Origin: Eledone cirrhosa
Taxonomy: Eukaryota
DNA: 64,000 nt
Assembly: GCA_964016885.1 (NCBI GenBank)
Contig: OZ024743.1
Coordinates: 307,954,001 to 308,018,000, forward strand
Direction: 5' to 3'
Shown: piece after piece, positions 27,370 to 42,129 of the stretch
How the letters are laid out: every line of letters starts with the position of its first letter
How positions within the stretch are numbered: position 1 is the first letter of the stretch
Position numbers and translations under genes: made by a program
The notes under the pieces: model-generated
What the model was told of the DNA's origin: nothing
The model's input: the letters and a program-made list of their open reading frames with translations, nothing else
Database searches by the model: none

Positions 27370-27705
27370 CCAGCATGAACTGGACAATTCCTCATAGTCC
27401 AAGACTAAACAGGTTGGTAAACCCTGTCTTTCTCTTGTGTTCCATGTTTTGGTATGAATTCTTGGTCCTTTGGAATGCTACACACTTTACAGAGTGTACT
27501 GGGTACATTTTATTGTAACACCAGCACAACCACTTTACAGAGTGTACTGGGTTCATGTTATTGTGGCACCAGTACTGCCACTTTACAGAATATACTGGGT
27601 GCATTTTATTGTAAAACCAGTATAATCACTTTACAGAGTGTATTGGGTACATTTTATCATGGCACCATCACTACCTTTTACAGAGTGTACTGGGTGCATT
27701 TTATC
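27370..27705 (-). repeat. RTE-tail-derived ~48-bp minisatellite
   Basis: CACTTTACAGAGTGTACTGGGT repeated 5 times, following an RTE-type end. Confidence 0.75.
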
Positions 27706-29399
27706 AGTTATATTATTAAAAAAGAAGTTTGTAGAGCAGCATGCAAGTATATTTTAACAAGGTGATAGCCATTGGGAAAAAGATGTTGAAGATAAAGAAA
27801 TGAAAAATAACAAAATCGACAAATAAGATAGCAGTAAATTGTTAATTGTTAATTGTTGAAGGGAGTTTCTTCTAGAGGGGAAGTTACTTCAAGATAGAGA
27901 GACAAAAATAGACATTTTCTTCTAGTGAAAACAGATTGGAGTTGATAACAACATTTAGAAAGGAAATGTTTTTATGCTTCTTACTAGCCATATCTAACAA
28001 CTTAGCCTATATATATGTTGGATTCCACTTGCTAGCAACTGCATGTAAAAAGTTGCTATCTTAGTATCTTATTCTATTAAAACTATTTTTAGAACCATGA
28101 CGGAATAGAAGAAAGTTGGTACAAATCAATAAATGATTGCTTTGGCAAATAATTAGTGATATTCTTTTTTTTTAATTAAAATACTATACTCTGGTTGTAC
28201 AGCTTTGTATTGATAACCTGTTTAGGGAGATGTTTGATGAAATTCGTTTCATGAAATCACATTGACAACCTTTCATTTAGATGTTTGTTTCATGAGATTT
28301 TCATAGCTTTTTTTTTATGTGATCATAAACAGATAATTATATAAATGTGAATTCCCTAAACCAATTTCCTTAATATCAATCCAGCTAAAATTAGGTCCGA
28401 AAATATTGGGAACTATCAAATAACTATTTTTTCCATCCTGTGGTATTCAAGATGTTTGGTAGAGATGAGCTGCTGACAGTGTAGTTCTTGTCATCGTTGG
28501 CGGCTCACCTTATCAAGGTGTCAGTTGATGTCTGTGAGGGGTGCCTGGTTGTTTCAGTGCCATAGCCTTGCCATCACCCACAATAATGCGGCAAACGTGC
28601 TGGCTTGTCTCAAAATTTTCCTCTGACCCTTGTGATATGTGGCCAATTGTCGCACTTGGTGGTGAATTGATGTTTTCGTTTTTCTTTATTTTTCTCTCAC
28701 TTGGATCATATGTTTTTGTGTATTATATCCATGACGTTCCTAGCAATAATTAATTGTATTTATTATATGTGTTTATATTTTTATTCTGTAAAAAATATAA
28801 ACGATTTGTAATGTTATGTAATGTTATTTATACAACCTTAATTAGTTCTATGAAACAAAACCAGCCATTTTAATTTGTCATTCCAGTTACTAATTGTCAA
28901 TGTTTACTCTCTTCCATACCCTCTCGAAGGTTGCATGATACACATCTTTTGTGCTTCCATCTCATGCCTCCCAGGACAGGTTGTAGGCCTATTGCCAGTT
29001 TTTGCAGCGTTGGGTGGAGATAGTTATATATTTTTCAAACAGGCCTCTCTACCATTTAAAAATTTTCCAACACAATTTTTATATATCAACCTTATGTTAT
29101 GTTGCTGTCTTATTAATAAAATAATAATTTCACTAAATCAATTACCGTATTTCCTGGAGTCGAAGATGGTATTTTTTCCCAAAATAAGTCTAAAAAAATC
29201 TATCATGAATGTTGGAGGCTGAAGGTTGCGTTTCTCTTAGGCTTATCCTAACCCCAGAGGAAAATTATCTATGCTAGACAGTAATATGAACCCCTTATAT
29301 GACCTCTCAAGGATGCAACACATCACCCAGCCCAGGAAATCAAACTCACAACCTCAAAATTGTAAGCTCTAACTACTAAGCCATGCACCTTCATTGTAC

Positions 29400-30517
29400 A
29401 TATACAACTGCGCAGAGGGTTCTATAGAAATAGTGGACAGCTTCCGTTATCTGGGTGACAAAATCAGCAGTGGGGGAGGGTGCTCTGAAAGTACAGTAGC
29501 TAGAGTCAGAACTGGATGGAAAAAGTTCAGAGAGCTTATACCACTATTAGCCGCTAGAGGGTTCTCCCTAAAAATGAAAGGCAGGTTATACGATGCCTGC
29601 ATACGAACAGCAATGCTGCATGGCAGTGAGACCTGGGCATTGTGTGCAGAGGATATACGCAGACTAGAGAGGAACGAAGCTTGCATGCTCCGCTGGATGT
29701 GCAATAGTAATATACGTGAACGGCAAAGCATAAACGAACTAAGGAAAAAATTAGAAATAAGAGGGATCAGATGTTGTTTACTCGAGAGAAGGCTACGTTG
29801 GTACGGTCACGTGATGCGCATGAAAGACGACAGCTGTATAACAAAGTGCAGGGCAATAAAGATAGACGGTAGCCACGGAGTAGGCAGACCCAGAAAAACA
29901 TGGGACGAGCTGATAAATTCCGACCTCACACGCTTACACCTCTCCAAGACAATGTCACTGGACCGAGACCTTTGGCGGTACTCAGTAATAGAGAAGACCC
30001 GCCTTACCTAAATACAAAGTAAAAACCTACTACAGTCAGTAGGCACCTCTATCAAAACACACCCCCGTCCCACCACCTCCACCCCACCCACACCGCCCCT
30101 TTCAATGTAAAGTTATGTTGGTCCCACAACATCCAGGCCGAAACAAATGAGATCGTGTAGGTGTCACGACAAAAAACACACAGTCCACGCTGTAATGTGG
30201 CCGTGTAGGCAACACGGTAAAAACCTCCCAGCCCCACACTGTAAATGTGGTTGGTGTTAGGAAGGGCATCCAGCTGTAGAAAACCCGCCAGACAGTCCAC
30301 GCTGTAATGTGGCCGTGTAGGCAACACGGTAAAAACCTCCCAGCCCCACACTGTAAATGTGGTTGGTGTTAGGAAGGGCATCCAACTGTAGAAAACCCGC
30401 CAGACAGTCCTATGCGAGCAAGACAACCACTCTTGCCTCAAGTGGGAAAACCCCCGTCCAAACCCATGCAAGCGTGGAACACGGACGCTAAACCTGATGA
30501 TGATGATGATGATGATG
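29400..30517 (+). mobile_element. young 5'-truncated RTE-clade LINE with 3' UTR (internal 112-bp duplication) and (GAT)n tail
   Basis: ORF 29394-30011 encodes an RT C-terminus; 30181-30292 is repeated at 30293-30404. Confidence 0.93.
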
Positions 30518-30676
30518 ACAGGGTGAGTAGAAAGTCCCTCCCTAGTTTATTTTTGATGCAAATATGACATACGTCATCTATATTGAAATTTGATTGGTCA
30601 AAAATATTCACTAATTACATAAATTTTTATCTAAACAAATAATGATTTCATTTTCATTATTATATGTGTAATGAGA

Positions 30677-31092
30677 GGGTGGTGGATTGGCAGTATCAGT
30701 AGAGGGTCAGACGCCATGCATTGCAGCATAGAGTTACGGCTTTTTATGATATGAGCTCAAATCCCGCCGAGGTTAACTTTGCCTTTCATCCTTATGGGAT
30801 CGATAAAATAAAGTACCAGTCACGCACTGGGTTCGATTTAATCGACTTTCCCTTCTCCCCAAATTACTGGCCTTGTGCCTATATAAGAAACCATTATTAT
30901 TTGTGTAATGAGGGTGGTGGATTGGCAGTATTGGTAGAGGGTCGGATGCCATGCTTCGCAGCATAGAGTTATGAGCTTGAGTTCAAATCCCGCCGAGGTT
31001 AACTTTGCCTTTCATCCTTACAGGGTTGATAAAATAAAGTACCAGTAATGCATGGGATAATTGCTGGCCTTGTGCCAAAAGTAGAAACAATT
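30677..31092 (+). mobile_element. two tandem family A SINEs inside the mariner
   Basis: ATTATTAT.TGTGTAATGA target sequence occurs three times, before, between and after the SINEs. Confidence 0.88.
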
Positions 31093-31344
31093 ATTATATG
31101 TGTAATGAACTGAAGAAAAAATGTTATCAACAGAAGAAAGAATTTCAATTGTTTTGTTAATGGCAGAGTACAAGTCTGTAACTTGTTCAGTGAAAATGGT
31201 CAACTCAGCACAAATCACCAGCCCCTTCACACAAAACAATACGAGCTTGCTTTGTAAAATTCAAAGAAACAGGATCAGTACATGACCTTGACAGGAGTGG
31301 AAGACCCAGTTTGGATGAAGACAAGATGAAGTAGATTGAGCATC

Positions 31345-32003
31345 ACTCAGCAAGACCTTTGTCAGCCGCTCTCCAGATATCTATTTAGGGCTGTACATGG
31401 CTATGGTGCGGCCACACTTAGAATTTGCATCGCCAGTCTGGAACCCCTATCTTGCTCAGAACATTGACCGCCTGGAAACTGTTCAGACACGTGCAACCAA
31501 GCGAATACCCTCCATCAGGCATCTACCATACTCTGAGCGCCTTGCTTCCCTGGGCATGGATACATTGAAGCTCTGACGTCTGGCAACTGACTTGGTAAAC
31601 ACCCACAAAATTGTTAACCATCTTGCCAACAACAACCCCGAGTACCTTTTTGATTTCCATGTGTCTAACACACGTGGACATGCCCACAAAGTCAGAAAAC
31701 AGCACAGTTCCCATGACTTTCGGAAACATTTTTTCACACTCAGAGTTGTTGAAGTATGGAACAAACTACCTGCATCAGTTGTTAGCTGTCGAGACACTGC
31801 ATCCTTTAAAGGCCTCCATGCTTCCCGAGATCCGCCAACACTACAGCTAATGTTCCCCCTCCATACACATACACACATGTATACCATGACTCATACACTA
31901 TTCACTTCCCTGACATTTGTGTACTATTCTATGTACTATACATACACCTTTGACGAGTTGTAGTGCACCTGAGCACTTTACACAATAATTTCATTATTAT
32001 TAT
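31345..32003 (+). mobile_element. CR1/L2-group LINE 3' fragment with (ATT)n tail, inside the mariner
   Basis: VRPHLEFASPVWNP..LETVQ.RATK..TRGH..FFTLRVVEVWNKLP; highly similar to 57805-58470. Confidence 0.9.
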
Positions 32004-33145
32004 TATATATTATAAAAAAACTTTCACAAAAGCACCATCAACATCTCTCAGACAGGCATCAAGTCAGTTTGGTATTCCTTATTCAACTATTTGTGAGAAG
32101 TTAACATACTATGTTGCCATGAAGCCATATAAACTATCAAATGTGCAACAACTGTTTCCATCTGATAAGGCTGGGGACATATTAAGTTTATTGTGTAAGC
32201 TTCCTTTGGGGACATATTAAGTCTATTGTGCAAGCTTCCTCTCTGAAAACTTTTGAAGAACTGAAACAGGCTACATCAACTGCATTTGCCAAAATAACAA
32301 AAGGACAATTTCATGAAGAGACTTGATATGTGCATATCTAAGGAAGGTGGTCGTTTTGAACATTTGTTTTAATACCATCATCATCATCATCGATTAACGT
32401 CTATCTTCCACACTGGCATGGGTTAGACGAGTTTGTCCTATTTAGAGGCAAGTTGGATCGGGTGACACTGTCTTGCTCATATAGGAGAGTTTGGGGCTGG
32501 TTTTCTACAGCTGGATGCCCTTCCTAATGCCAATCACATTGACAGTGTGTGCTGGGTGCTTTTTGTCATGACACTTTAAAAACTAAAGGCAATAGATTGC
32601 TTGAAAGTTCTTTTGTGATGATTATTTTCAATGAAAACTAGGGAGGGATTTTACACTCACCCTGTATGATAAATAAAGTAAATCCCAGCCATGAGGTGGT
32701 ATCATGTGATAGGATGCAAGTATCAAGATGGCTACCTGGAAGTCAACATAGATAGATAGATCTGAAGTACTCTTAATAGAGTTCAAGCATTTGGATCAGT
32801 TCTTCGGTTTAATAATAACTTTTTTCATTCTTTCCACCAGTCTTAGAGTCCCTGAAAAACGGCATTAGGATCAGTTTTCCATTTCTTTAATATTTAGTAA
32901 TATAACTAACTTTTCAATTATTAAATTGGTGTTTGGAACATAACTTAATAACTTAATAACTTCTTACATAAAATTATGATGGAATGTTTTTAGATAAATA
33001 TAAACACTTCTAGATGGTGTTTGGCACATAAAACTTGACAAAGGCTCTTACACAAATTATTAGATAAATATAAACACTCAGATGCTGCTGCTGCTGCTGC
33101 TGTTGCTGCTTCTTCTTCTTCTTCTTCTTCTTCTTCTTCTTCTTC

Positions 33146-33177
<32 letters not shown>

Positions 33178-33519
33178 CTTCTTCTTCTTCTTGATGGACT
33201 CATTAATTAATATTGTCCTAAATACATACAAAAAAGATGGGATGAGTTGGGGTGGTCATGGTTGAATGCTTTTGATCTCAGATAAGTCTGCTAGTTGTAG
33301 TGGTGGTAGTGGTGGTAGTTGTGGTAGTGGTGATGGTAGCAGTTGATAGTTTAAGAGAAAAACAGATTAATTTACAGAGTAGGGTGTTACACCATTACAA
33401 GTTATATATCATGACCAAGTGTGATATATTATACTTATTGCTATAATGTTTGTAGTTATATAGTTATCTGAGATATGCCTGGAATTATTCCACCCAGGTC
33501 TTAAGTGACAAATTAATAA

Positions 33520-36500
33520 GGGTCACATTCACTGCTATATATATATATATATTGGTTGGGTCACATTCACTGCTATATATACATTGGTTGGGTCACCTTC
33601 ACTGCTATATATATATATATTGGTTGGGTCACATTCACTGCTATATATATATATATAGGTTGGGTCACATTCACTGCTATATATACATTGGTTGGGTCAC
33701 ATTCACTGCTATATATATATATATATTGCTTGGGTCACATTCACTGCTATATATACATTGGTTGGGTCACATTCACTGCTATATATATATATATATTGGT
33801 TGGGTCACATTCACTGCTATATATATATATTGGTTGGGTCACATTCACTGCAATATATACATTGGTTGGGTCACATTCACTGGTATATATATATATTGGT
33901 TGGGTCACATTCACTGCTATATATATATATATATATTGCTTGGGTCACATTCACTGCTATATATACATTGGTTGGGTCACATTCACTGCTATATATATAT
34001 ATATATTGGTTGGGTCACATTCACTGCTATATATATATATTGGTTGGGTCACATTCACTGCTATATATACATTGGTTGGGTCACATTCACTGGTATATAT
34101 ATATATTGGTTGGGTCACATTCACTGCTATGTATATATTGGTTGGGTCACATTCACTGCTATATATATATACATTGGTTGGGTCACATTCACTGCTATAT
34201 ATATATACATTGGTTGGGTCACATTCACTGCTATATATATATACATTGGTTGGGTCACATTCACTGCTATATATATATACATTGGTTGGGTCACTTTCAC
34301 TGCTATATATATATACATTGGTTGGGTCACATTCACTGGTATATATATATATTGGTTGGGTCACATTCACTGCTATATATATTGGTTGGGTCACAATCAC
34401 TGCTATATATATATATATTGGTTGGGTCATATTCACTGGTATATATACATTGGTTGGGTCACATTCACTGCTATATATATATATTAGTTGGGTCACATTC
34501 ACTGCTATATATATATATATAGGTTGGGTCACATTCACTGCTATATATATATTGGTTGGGTCACATTCACTGCTATATATATATATATATATTGCTTGGG
34601 TCACATTCACTGCTATATATACATTGGTTGGGTCACATTCACTGCTATATATATATATATATTGGTTGGGTCACATTCACTGCTATATATATATATATTG
34701 GTTGGGTCACATTCACTGCTATATATACATTGGTTGGGTCACATTCACTGGTATATATATATATTGGTTGGGTCACATTCACTGCTATATATATATTGGT
34801 TGGGTCACATTCACTGCTATATATATATACATTGGTTGGGTCACATTCACTGCTATATATATATACATTGGTTGGGTCACATTCACTGCTATATATATAT
34901 ATATTGGTTGGGTCACATTCACTGCTATATATATATACATTGGTTGGGTCACATTCACTGCTATATATATATATATATTGGTTGGGTCACATTCACTGCT
35001 ATATATATATACATTGGTTGGGTCACATTCACTGCTATATATACATTGGTTGGGTCACATTCACTGGTATATATATATATTGGTTGGGTCACATTCACTG
35101 CTATATATATATATATATATATATTGCTTGGGTCACATTCACTGCTATATATACATTGGTTGGGTCACATTCACTGCTATATATATATATATATTGGTTG
35201 GGTCACATTCACTGCTATATATATATATTGGTTGGGTCACATTCACTGCTATATATACATTGGTTGGGTCACATTCACTGGTATATATATATATTGGTTG
35301 GGTCACATTCACTGCTATATATATATTGGTTGGGTCACATTCACTGCTATATATATATACATTGGTTGGGTCACATTCACTGCTATATATATATACATTG
35401 GTTGGGTCACATTCACTGCTATATATATATATATTGGTTGGGTCACATTCACTGCTATATATATATATATATATATATTGCTTGGGTCACATTCACTGCT
35501 ATATATACATTGGTTGGGTCACATTCACTGCTATATATATATATATATTGGTTGGGTCACATTCACTGCTATATATATATATTGGTTGGGTCACATTCAC
35601 TGCTATATATACATTGGTTGGGTCACATTCACTGGTATATATATATATTGGTTGGGTCACATTCACTGCTATATATATATTGGTTGGGTCACATTCACTG
35701 CTATATATATATACATTGGTTGGGTCACATTCACTGCTATATATATATACATTGGTTGGGTCACATTCACTGCTATATATATATATATTGGTTGGGTCAC
35801 ATTCACTGCTATATATATATACATTGGTTGGGTCACATTCACTGCTATATATATATATATACATTGGTTGGGTCACATTCACTGCTATATATATATACAT
35901 TGGTTGGGTCACATTCACTGGTATATATATATATTGGTTGGGTCACATTCACTGCTATATATATTGGTTGGGTCACAATCACTGCTATATATATATATAT
36001 TGGTTGGGTCATATTCACTGCTATATATATATACATTGGTTGGGTCACATTCACTGCTATATATATATTGGTTGGGTCACATTCACTGCTATATATATAT
36101 ATATTGATTGGGTCACATTCACTGCTATACATATATATATTGGTTGGGTCACATTCACTGGTATATATACATTGGTTGGGTCACATTCACTGCTATATAT
36201 ATATATTAGTTGGGTCACATTCACTGCTATATATATATATATAGGTTGGGTCACATTCACTGCTATATATACATTGGTTGGGTCACATTCACTGCTATAT
36301 ATATATATATATTGCTTGGGTCACATTCACTGCTATATATACATTGGTTGGGTCACATTCACTGCTATATATATAGATATATTGGTTGGGTCACATTCAC
36401 TGCTATATATATATATATTGGTTGGGTCACATTCACTGCTATATATACATTGGTTGGGTCACATTCACTGGTATATATATATATTGGTTGGGTCACATTC

Positions 36501-39500
36501 ACTGCTATATATATATTGGTTGGGTCACATTCACTGCTATATATATATACATTGGTTGGGTCACATTCACTGCTATATATATATACATTGGTTGGGTCAC
36601 ATTCACTGCTATATATATATATATTGGTTGGGTCACATTCACTGCTATATATATATACATTGGTTGGGTCACATTCACTGCTATATGTATATACATTGGT
36701 TGGGTCACATTCACTACTATATATATATACATTGGTTGGGTCACATTCACTGGTATATATATATATTGGTTGGGTCACATTCACTGCTATATATAGTGGT
36801 TGGATCACAATCACTGCTATATATATATATATTGGTTGGGTCATATTCACTGCTATATATATATACATTGGTTGGGTCACATTCACTGCTATATATATAT
36901 TGGTTGGGTCACATTCACTGCTATATATATATATATTGATTGGGTCACATTCACTGCTATACATATATATATTGGTTGGGTCACATTCACTGGTATATAT
37001 ACATTGGTTGGGTCACATTCACTGCTATATATATATATTAGTTGGGTCACATTCACTGCTATATATATATATATATAGGTTGGGTCACATTCACTGCTAT
37101 ATATATATTGGTTGGGTCACATTCACTGCTATATATATATATATATATTGCTTGGGTCACATTCACTGCTATATATACATTGGTTGGGTCACATTCACTG
37201 CTATATATATATATATATTGGTTGGGTCACATTCACTGCTATATATATATATATTGGTTGGGTCACATTCACTGCTATATATATATTGGTTGGGTCACAT
37301 TCACTGCTATATATATATACATTGGTTGGGTCACATTCACTGCTATATATATATACATTGGTTGGGTCACATTCACTGCTATATATATATATATTGGTTG
37401 GGTCACATTCACTGCTATATATATATACATTGGTTGGGTCACATTCACTGCTATATATATATACATTGGTTGGGTCACATTCACTGCTATATATATATAC
37501 ATTGGTTGGGTCACATTCACTGGTATATATATATATTGGTTGGGTCACATTCACTGCTATATATATTGGTTGGGTCACAATCACTGCTATATATATATAT
37601 ATTGGTTGGGTCATATTCACTGCTATATATATATACATTGGTGGGTCACATTCACTGCTATATATATATTGGTTGGGTCACATTCACTGCTATCTATATA
37701 TATATTGATTGGGTCACATTCACTGCTATACATATATATATTGGTTGGGTCACATTCACTGGTATATATACATTGGTTGGGTCACATTCACTGCTATATA
37801 TATATATTAGTTGGGTCACATTCACTGCTATATATATATATATTGGTTGGGTCACATTCACTGCTATATATATATTGGTTGGGTCATATTCACTGCTATA
37901 TATATATATATTGGTTGGGTCACATTCACTGCTATATATATATATATTGGTTGGGTCACATTCACTGCTATATATATATATATATATTGGTTGGGTCACA
38001 TTCACTGCTATATATATATTGGTTGGGTCACATTCACTGCTATATATACATTGGTTGGGTCACATTCACTGGTATATATATATATTGGTTGGGTCACATT
38101 CACTGCTATATATATATTGGTTGGGTCACATTCACTGCTATATATATATACATTGGTTGGGTCACATTCACTGCTATATATATATACATTGGTTGGGTCA
38201 CATTCACTGCTATATATATATATTGGTTGGGTCACATTCACTGCTATATATATATACATTGGTTGGGTCACATTCACTGCTATATATATATATATACATT
38301 GGTTGGGTCACATTCACTGCTATATATATATACATTGGTTGGGTCACATTCACTGGTATATATATATATTGTTTGGGTCACATTCACTGCTATATATATT
38401 GGTTGGGTCACAATCACTGCTATATATATATATATTGGTTGGGTCATATTCACTGCTATATATATATACATTGGTTGGGTCACATTCACTGCTATATATA
38501 TATTGGTTGGGTCACATTCACTGCTATATATATATTGGTTGGGTCACATTCATTGGGATATATATATATATATTGCTTGGGTCACATTCACTGCTATATA
38601 TACATTGGTTGGGTCACATTCACTGCTATATATATATATATATATTGGTTGGGTCACATTCATTGGTATATATATATATATATATATATTGGTTGGGTCA
38701 CATTCACTGCTATATATACATTGGTTGGGTCACATTCACTGCTATATATATATTGGTTGGGTCACATTCATTGGGATATATATATATATATATTGGTTGG
38801 GTCACATTCACTGCTATATATACATTGGTTGGGTCACATTCACTGCTATATATATATTGGTTGGGTCACATTCATTGGGATATATATATATATTGGTTGG
38901 GTCGCATTCACTGCTATATATATATACATTGGTTGGGTCACATTCACTGCTATATATATATTGGTTGGGTCACATTCACTGCTATATATATATTGGTTGG
39001 GTCACATTCACTGCTATATATACATTGGTTGGGTCACATTCACTGCTATATATATATTGGTTGGGTCACATTCATTGGGATATATATATATATTGGTTGG
39101 GTCGCATTCACTGCTATATATACATTGGTTGGGTCACATTCACTGCTATATATATATTGGTTGGGTCACATTCACTGCTATATATATATTGGTTGGGTCA
39201 CATTCACTGCTATATATACATTGGTTGGGTCACATTCACTGCTATATATATATTGGTTGGGTCACATTCATTGGGATATATATATATATTGGTTGGGTCA
39301 CATTCACTGCTATATATACATTGGTTGGGTCACATTCACTGCTATATATATATTGGCTGGGTCACATTCATTGGGATATATATATATATATTGGTTGGGT
39401 CACATTCACTGGTATATATACATTGGTTGGGTAACATTCACTGCTATATATATATTGGTTGGGTCACATTCATTGGGATATATATATATATATTGGTTGG

Positions 39501-39785
39501 GTCACATTCACTGGTATATATACATTGGTTGGGTCACATTCACTGCTATATATATATTGGTTGGGTCACATTCATTGGGATATATATATATATATTGGTT
39601 GGGTCACATTCACTGGTATATATACATTGGTTGGGTCACATTCACTGCTATATATATATTGGTTGGGTCACATTCATTGGGATATATATATATATATTGG
39701 TTGGGTCACATTCACTGGTATATATACATTGGTTGGGTCACATTCACTGCTATATATATATTGGTTGGGTCACATTCATTGGGAT
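33520..39785. repeat. composite satellite: constant TTGGTTGGGTCACATTCACTGC plus variable (TA)n
   Basis: Continuous array of ~31-45 bp units; the last unit resumes at 41612-41660. Confidence 0.98.
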
Positions 39786-41611
39786 ATCATCATCATCATC
39801 ACCGGTTTACGTCCGTTCTTCCACGCTAGCATGGGTTAGACGGGTTGTCCTGTTGTGTGCAGTGTCTGGTCGGCTGACCATGCCTTGCTCATACAGGAAC
39901 TGATCTGGCTTGATTTCCACAGCTGGATGCCCTTCCTAACACCAACCTCATTTACAGTGAGTGCTGGGTGCTTTTTCGTGGCGCCTACACGTCCACTTTA
40001 CAGTGTGGGCTGGGTGCTTTTTTGCCGTGGCACCTCCACGACCACCTTGCGGTGGGGGGGGGGGCATATTGTTTATATGCTTCAGCATGTACCCATGGGA
40101 GGTCGGGTACCCTGTATTACTGCGTGACGCCAGAAGTCACGGTCGTGTGTCATTGACTTTGAGAGGTGTAGTTGGGTAAGGTCGGCTTTTATCACCTCAT
40201 CCCAAGTCATCTTGGGTCTCCCCACTCCGCGCTTTCCATCAACTTCTAGTGCTCTGCACCTTTTTATGCAGCTGTCATCCTTCATACGCATCACATGTCC
40301 ATACCAGCGTAACCGCCTCTCCTGCACGCAGCATTTGATTCCTCTTATGCTCAGTCTCTCTCTCAATTCCTTTATGCTTTGTCGTTCACGTATATTACTG
40401 TTACACATCCATCGGAGCATGCAGGCTTCGTTTCTCTCTAATCTACGTAAGTCTTCCACCTTCAGCGCCCAGGTCTCACTACCATGCAACATCGCTGTTC
40501 GGATACACGCATCATACAGTCTGCCTTTCATTCTGAGGGAGAAGCCTTTTGCAGCTAGCAGTGGTAGTAGTTCCCTAAACTTCTTCCATCCCGTTCTTAC
40601 CCTAGTTATTGTACTTTCTGAGCACCCACCTCCGTTGCTAATTCGGTCACCTAGGTAGCAGAAGCTGTCTACTGTTTCTACAGGGCCCTCCCAGAGATTG
40701 GTGGTACTTGTTTCCTGTGGCTGTTTGCTTGCTGTTTCAGCACAGCTGCTGCATGTGAATCCTACATTCTTAATTAAGCTTCCTGAGATCCCGCTACATC
40801 TCTTGTGTACCCATTGTTTGCATTTGGGGCAGAGAATGGAGTTCCTACCTACACCTTTCCTACATACTGAGCAAGGCCATTTCCCTGAGGGGATCTGGGT
40901 TCTGTTTTCTCGTCTACTTATAAGGACCTTAGTCTTTGTCATGTTGACTTTGAGGCCCTTTCTCTCTAGTCCCTGCTTCCAGGTTTGGAATTTATTCTCT
41001 AGTTCTACCATAGATTCAGCTATGAGTGCGAGGTCATCAGCATACAGGAGTTCCCATGGGCATCCGGTCTTAAACTCCTCCGTTATTGCCTGCAGGACTA
41101 TGATGAACAGGAGAGGGCTAAGAACAGAGCCCTGGTGGACCCCAACCTGTACGCTAAATTCCTCGCTATACTCATTGCCAATCCTAACTTTGCTGACTGC
41201 TCCCCTATACATGGCTTGTACCGCTTTCACAAGCCATTCATCTACTCCTAGTTTTCTAAGAGCCCACCAGATTACTGCACGTGGAACTCTGTCAAAGGCT
41301 TTCTCAAGGTCGACAAATGCCAAGTAGAGTGGCTTACTTTTAGCTAGGTACTTTTCCTGTAATTGCCTCACAAGGAAGAGGGCATCAGTGGTGCCTTTCC
41401 CTGGTACAAACCCAAATTGCATCTCGTCTATATTCACCCGGTCCCTAATCAGCTGTGCTATAACTCTTTCTGTTACTTTCATGACCTGGTCCATCAACTT
41501 TATACCTCTATAGTTTCCTCTATCTAGTGCATCGCCTTTACCTTTGTAGCAGTTGACAATGATGCTACTGCACCAATCTTTTGGTATGGCCCCCTCTAGT
41601 ATTACCTGGTT
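39786..41611 (-). mobile_element. young 5'-truncated RTE-clade LINE with uninterrupted RT ORF, inserted in the satellite
   Basis: ORF 40082-41497: QFGF, FVDLEKAFDRV, GVHQGSVLSP, LYADD, zinc finger, YLG, HGSETW. 3' UTR and (GAT)n tail. Confidence 0.95.
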
Positions 41612-41694
41612 ATATATATATATATATTGGTTGGGTCACATTCATTGGGATATATATATCGTTTGGAATTTATATTGACTTTATTATTATAAGG

Positions 41695-42080
41695 GCGGTG
41701 GATTGGCAGTATCAGTAAAGGGTCGGACGTCATGCTTTGTAGCATACAGTTATGGCTCTTTATGATCTGAGCTCAAATCCCGCCGAGGTTAACTTTGCCT
41801 TTCATCCTTATGGGGTCGATAAAATAAAGTACCAGTCACGCACTGGGGTCGATTTAATCAACTTTCCCCTCCCCGCAAATTATATAAGAAACCATTATTA
41901 TTATTATTATAAGGGCAGTGGATTGGCAGTATCGGTAGAGGGTCGGATGCCATGCTTTGACCCATAGAGTTACGGCCCTTGCCATTCTGAGTTCAAATCC
42001 CGCCGAGGTTAACTTTACCTTTCATCCTTACAGGGTCGATAAAATAAAGTACCAGTAATGCACTGGGTAATTGCTGGCCT
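41695..42080 (+). mobile_element. two tandem family A SINEs
   Basis: Each head is preceded by TTATTATTATAAGGGC. Confidence 0.88.
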
Positions 42081-42129
42081 ATTGTTACCTGTCTTTTTGT
42101 ATGGCCCCCTATATGTAGGCCCTAGTGGC

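Larger units (their letters stand above)
30519..32664 (+). mobile_element. internally deleted Tc1/mariner-superfamily DNA transposon with nested insertions
   Basis: 30-bp TIRs at 30519-30548 and 32635-32664 (27/30 match), TA after the right TIR. Transposase remnants MLSTEERISIVLLMAEYKSV..KFKETGSVHDLDRSGRP (from 31121) and APSTSLRQASSQFGIPYSTI..KPYKL..QQL (about 32020-32170). Confidence 0.88.

Noticed and set aside
33520-39785. CRISPR-like constant repeat with variable spacers; ORFs over 1000 aa
   Set aside because: Spacers are only (TA)n length variants, there are no cas genes, and the context is eukaryotic. The ORFs are stop-free repeat translations.
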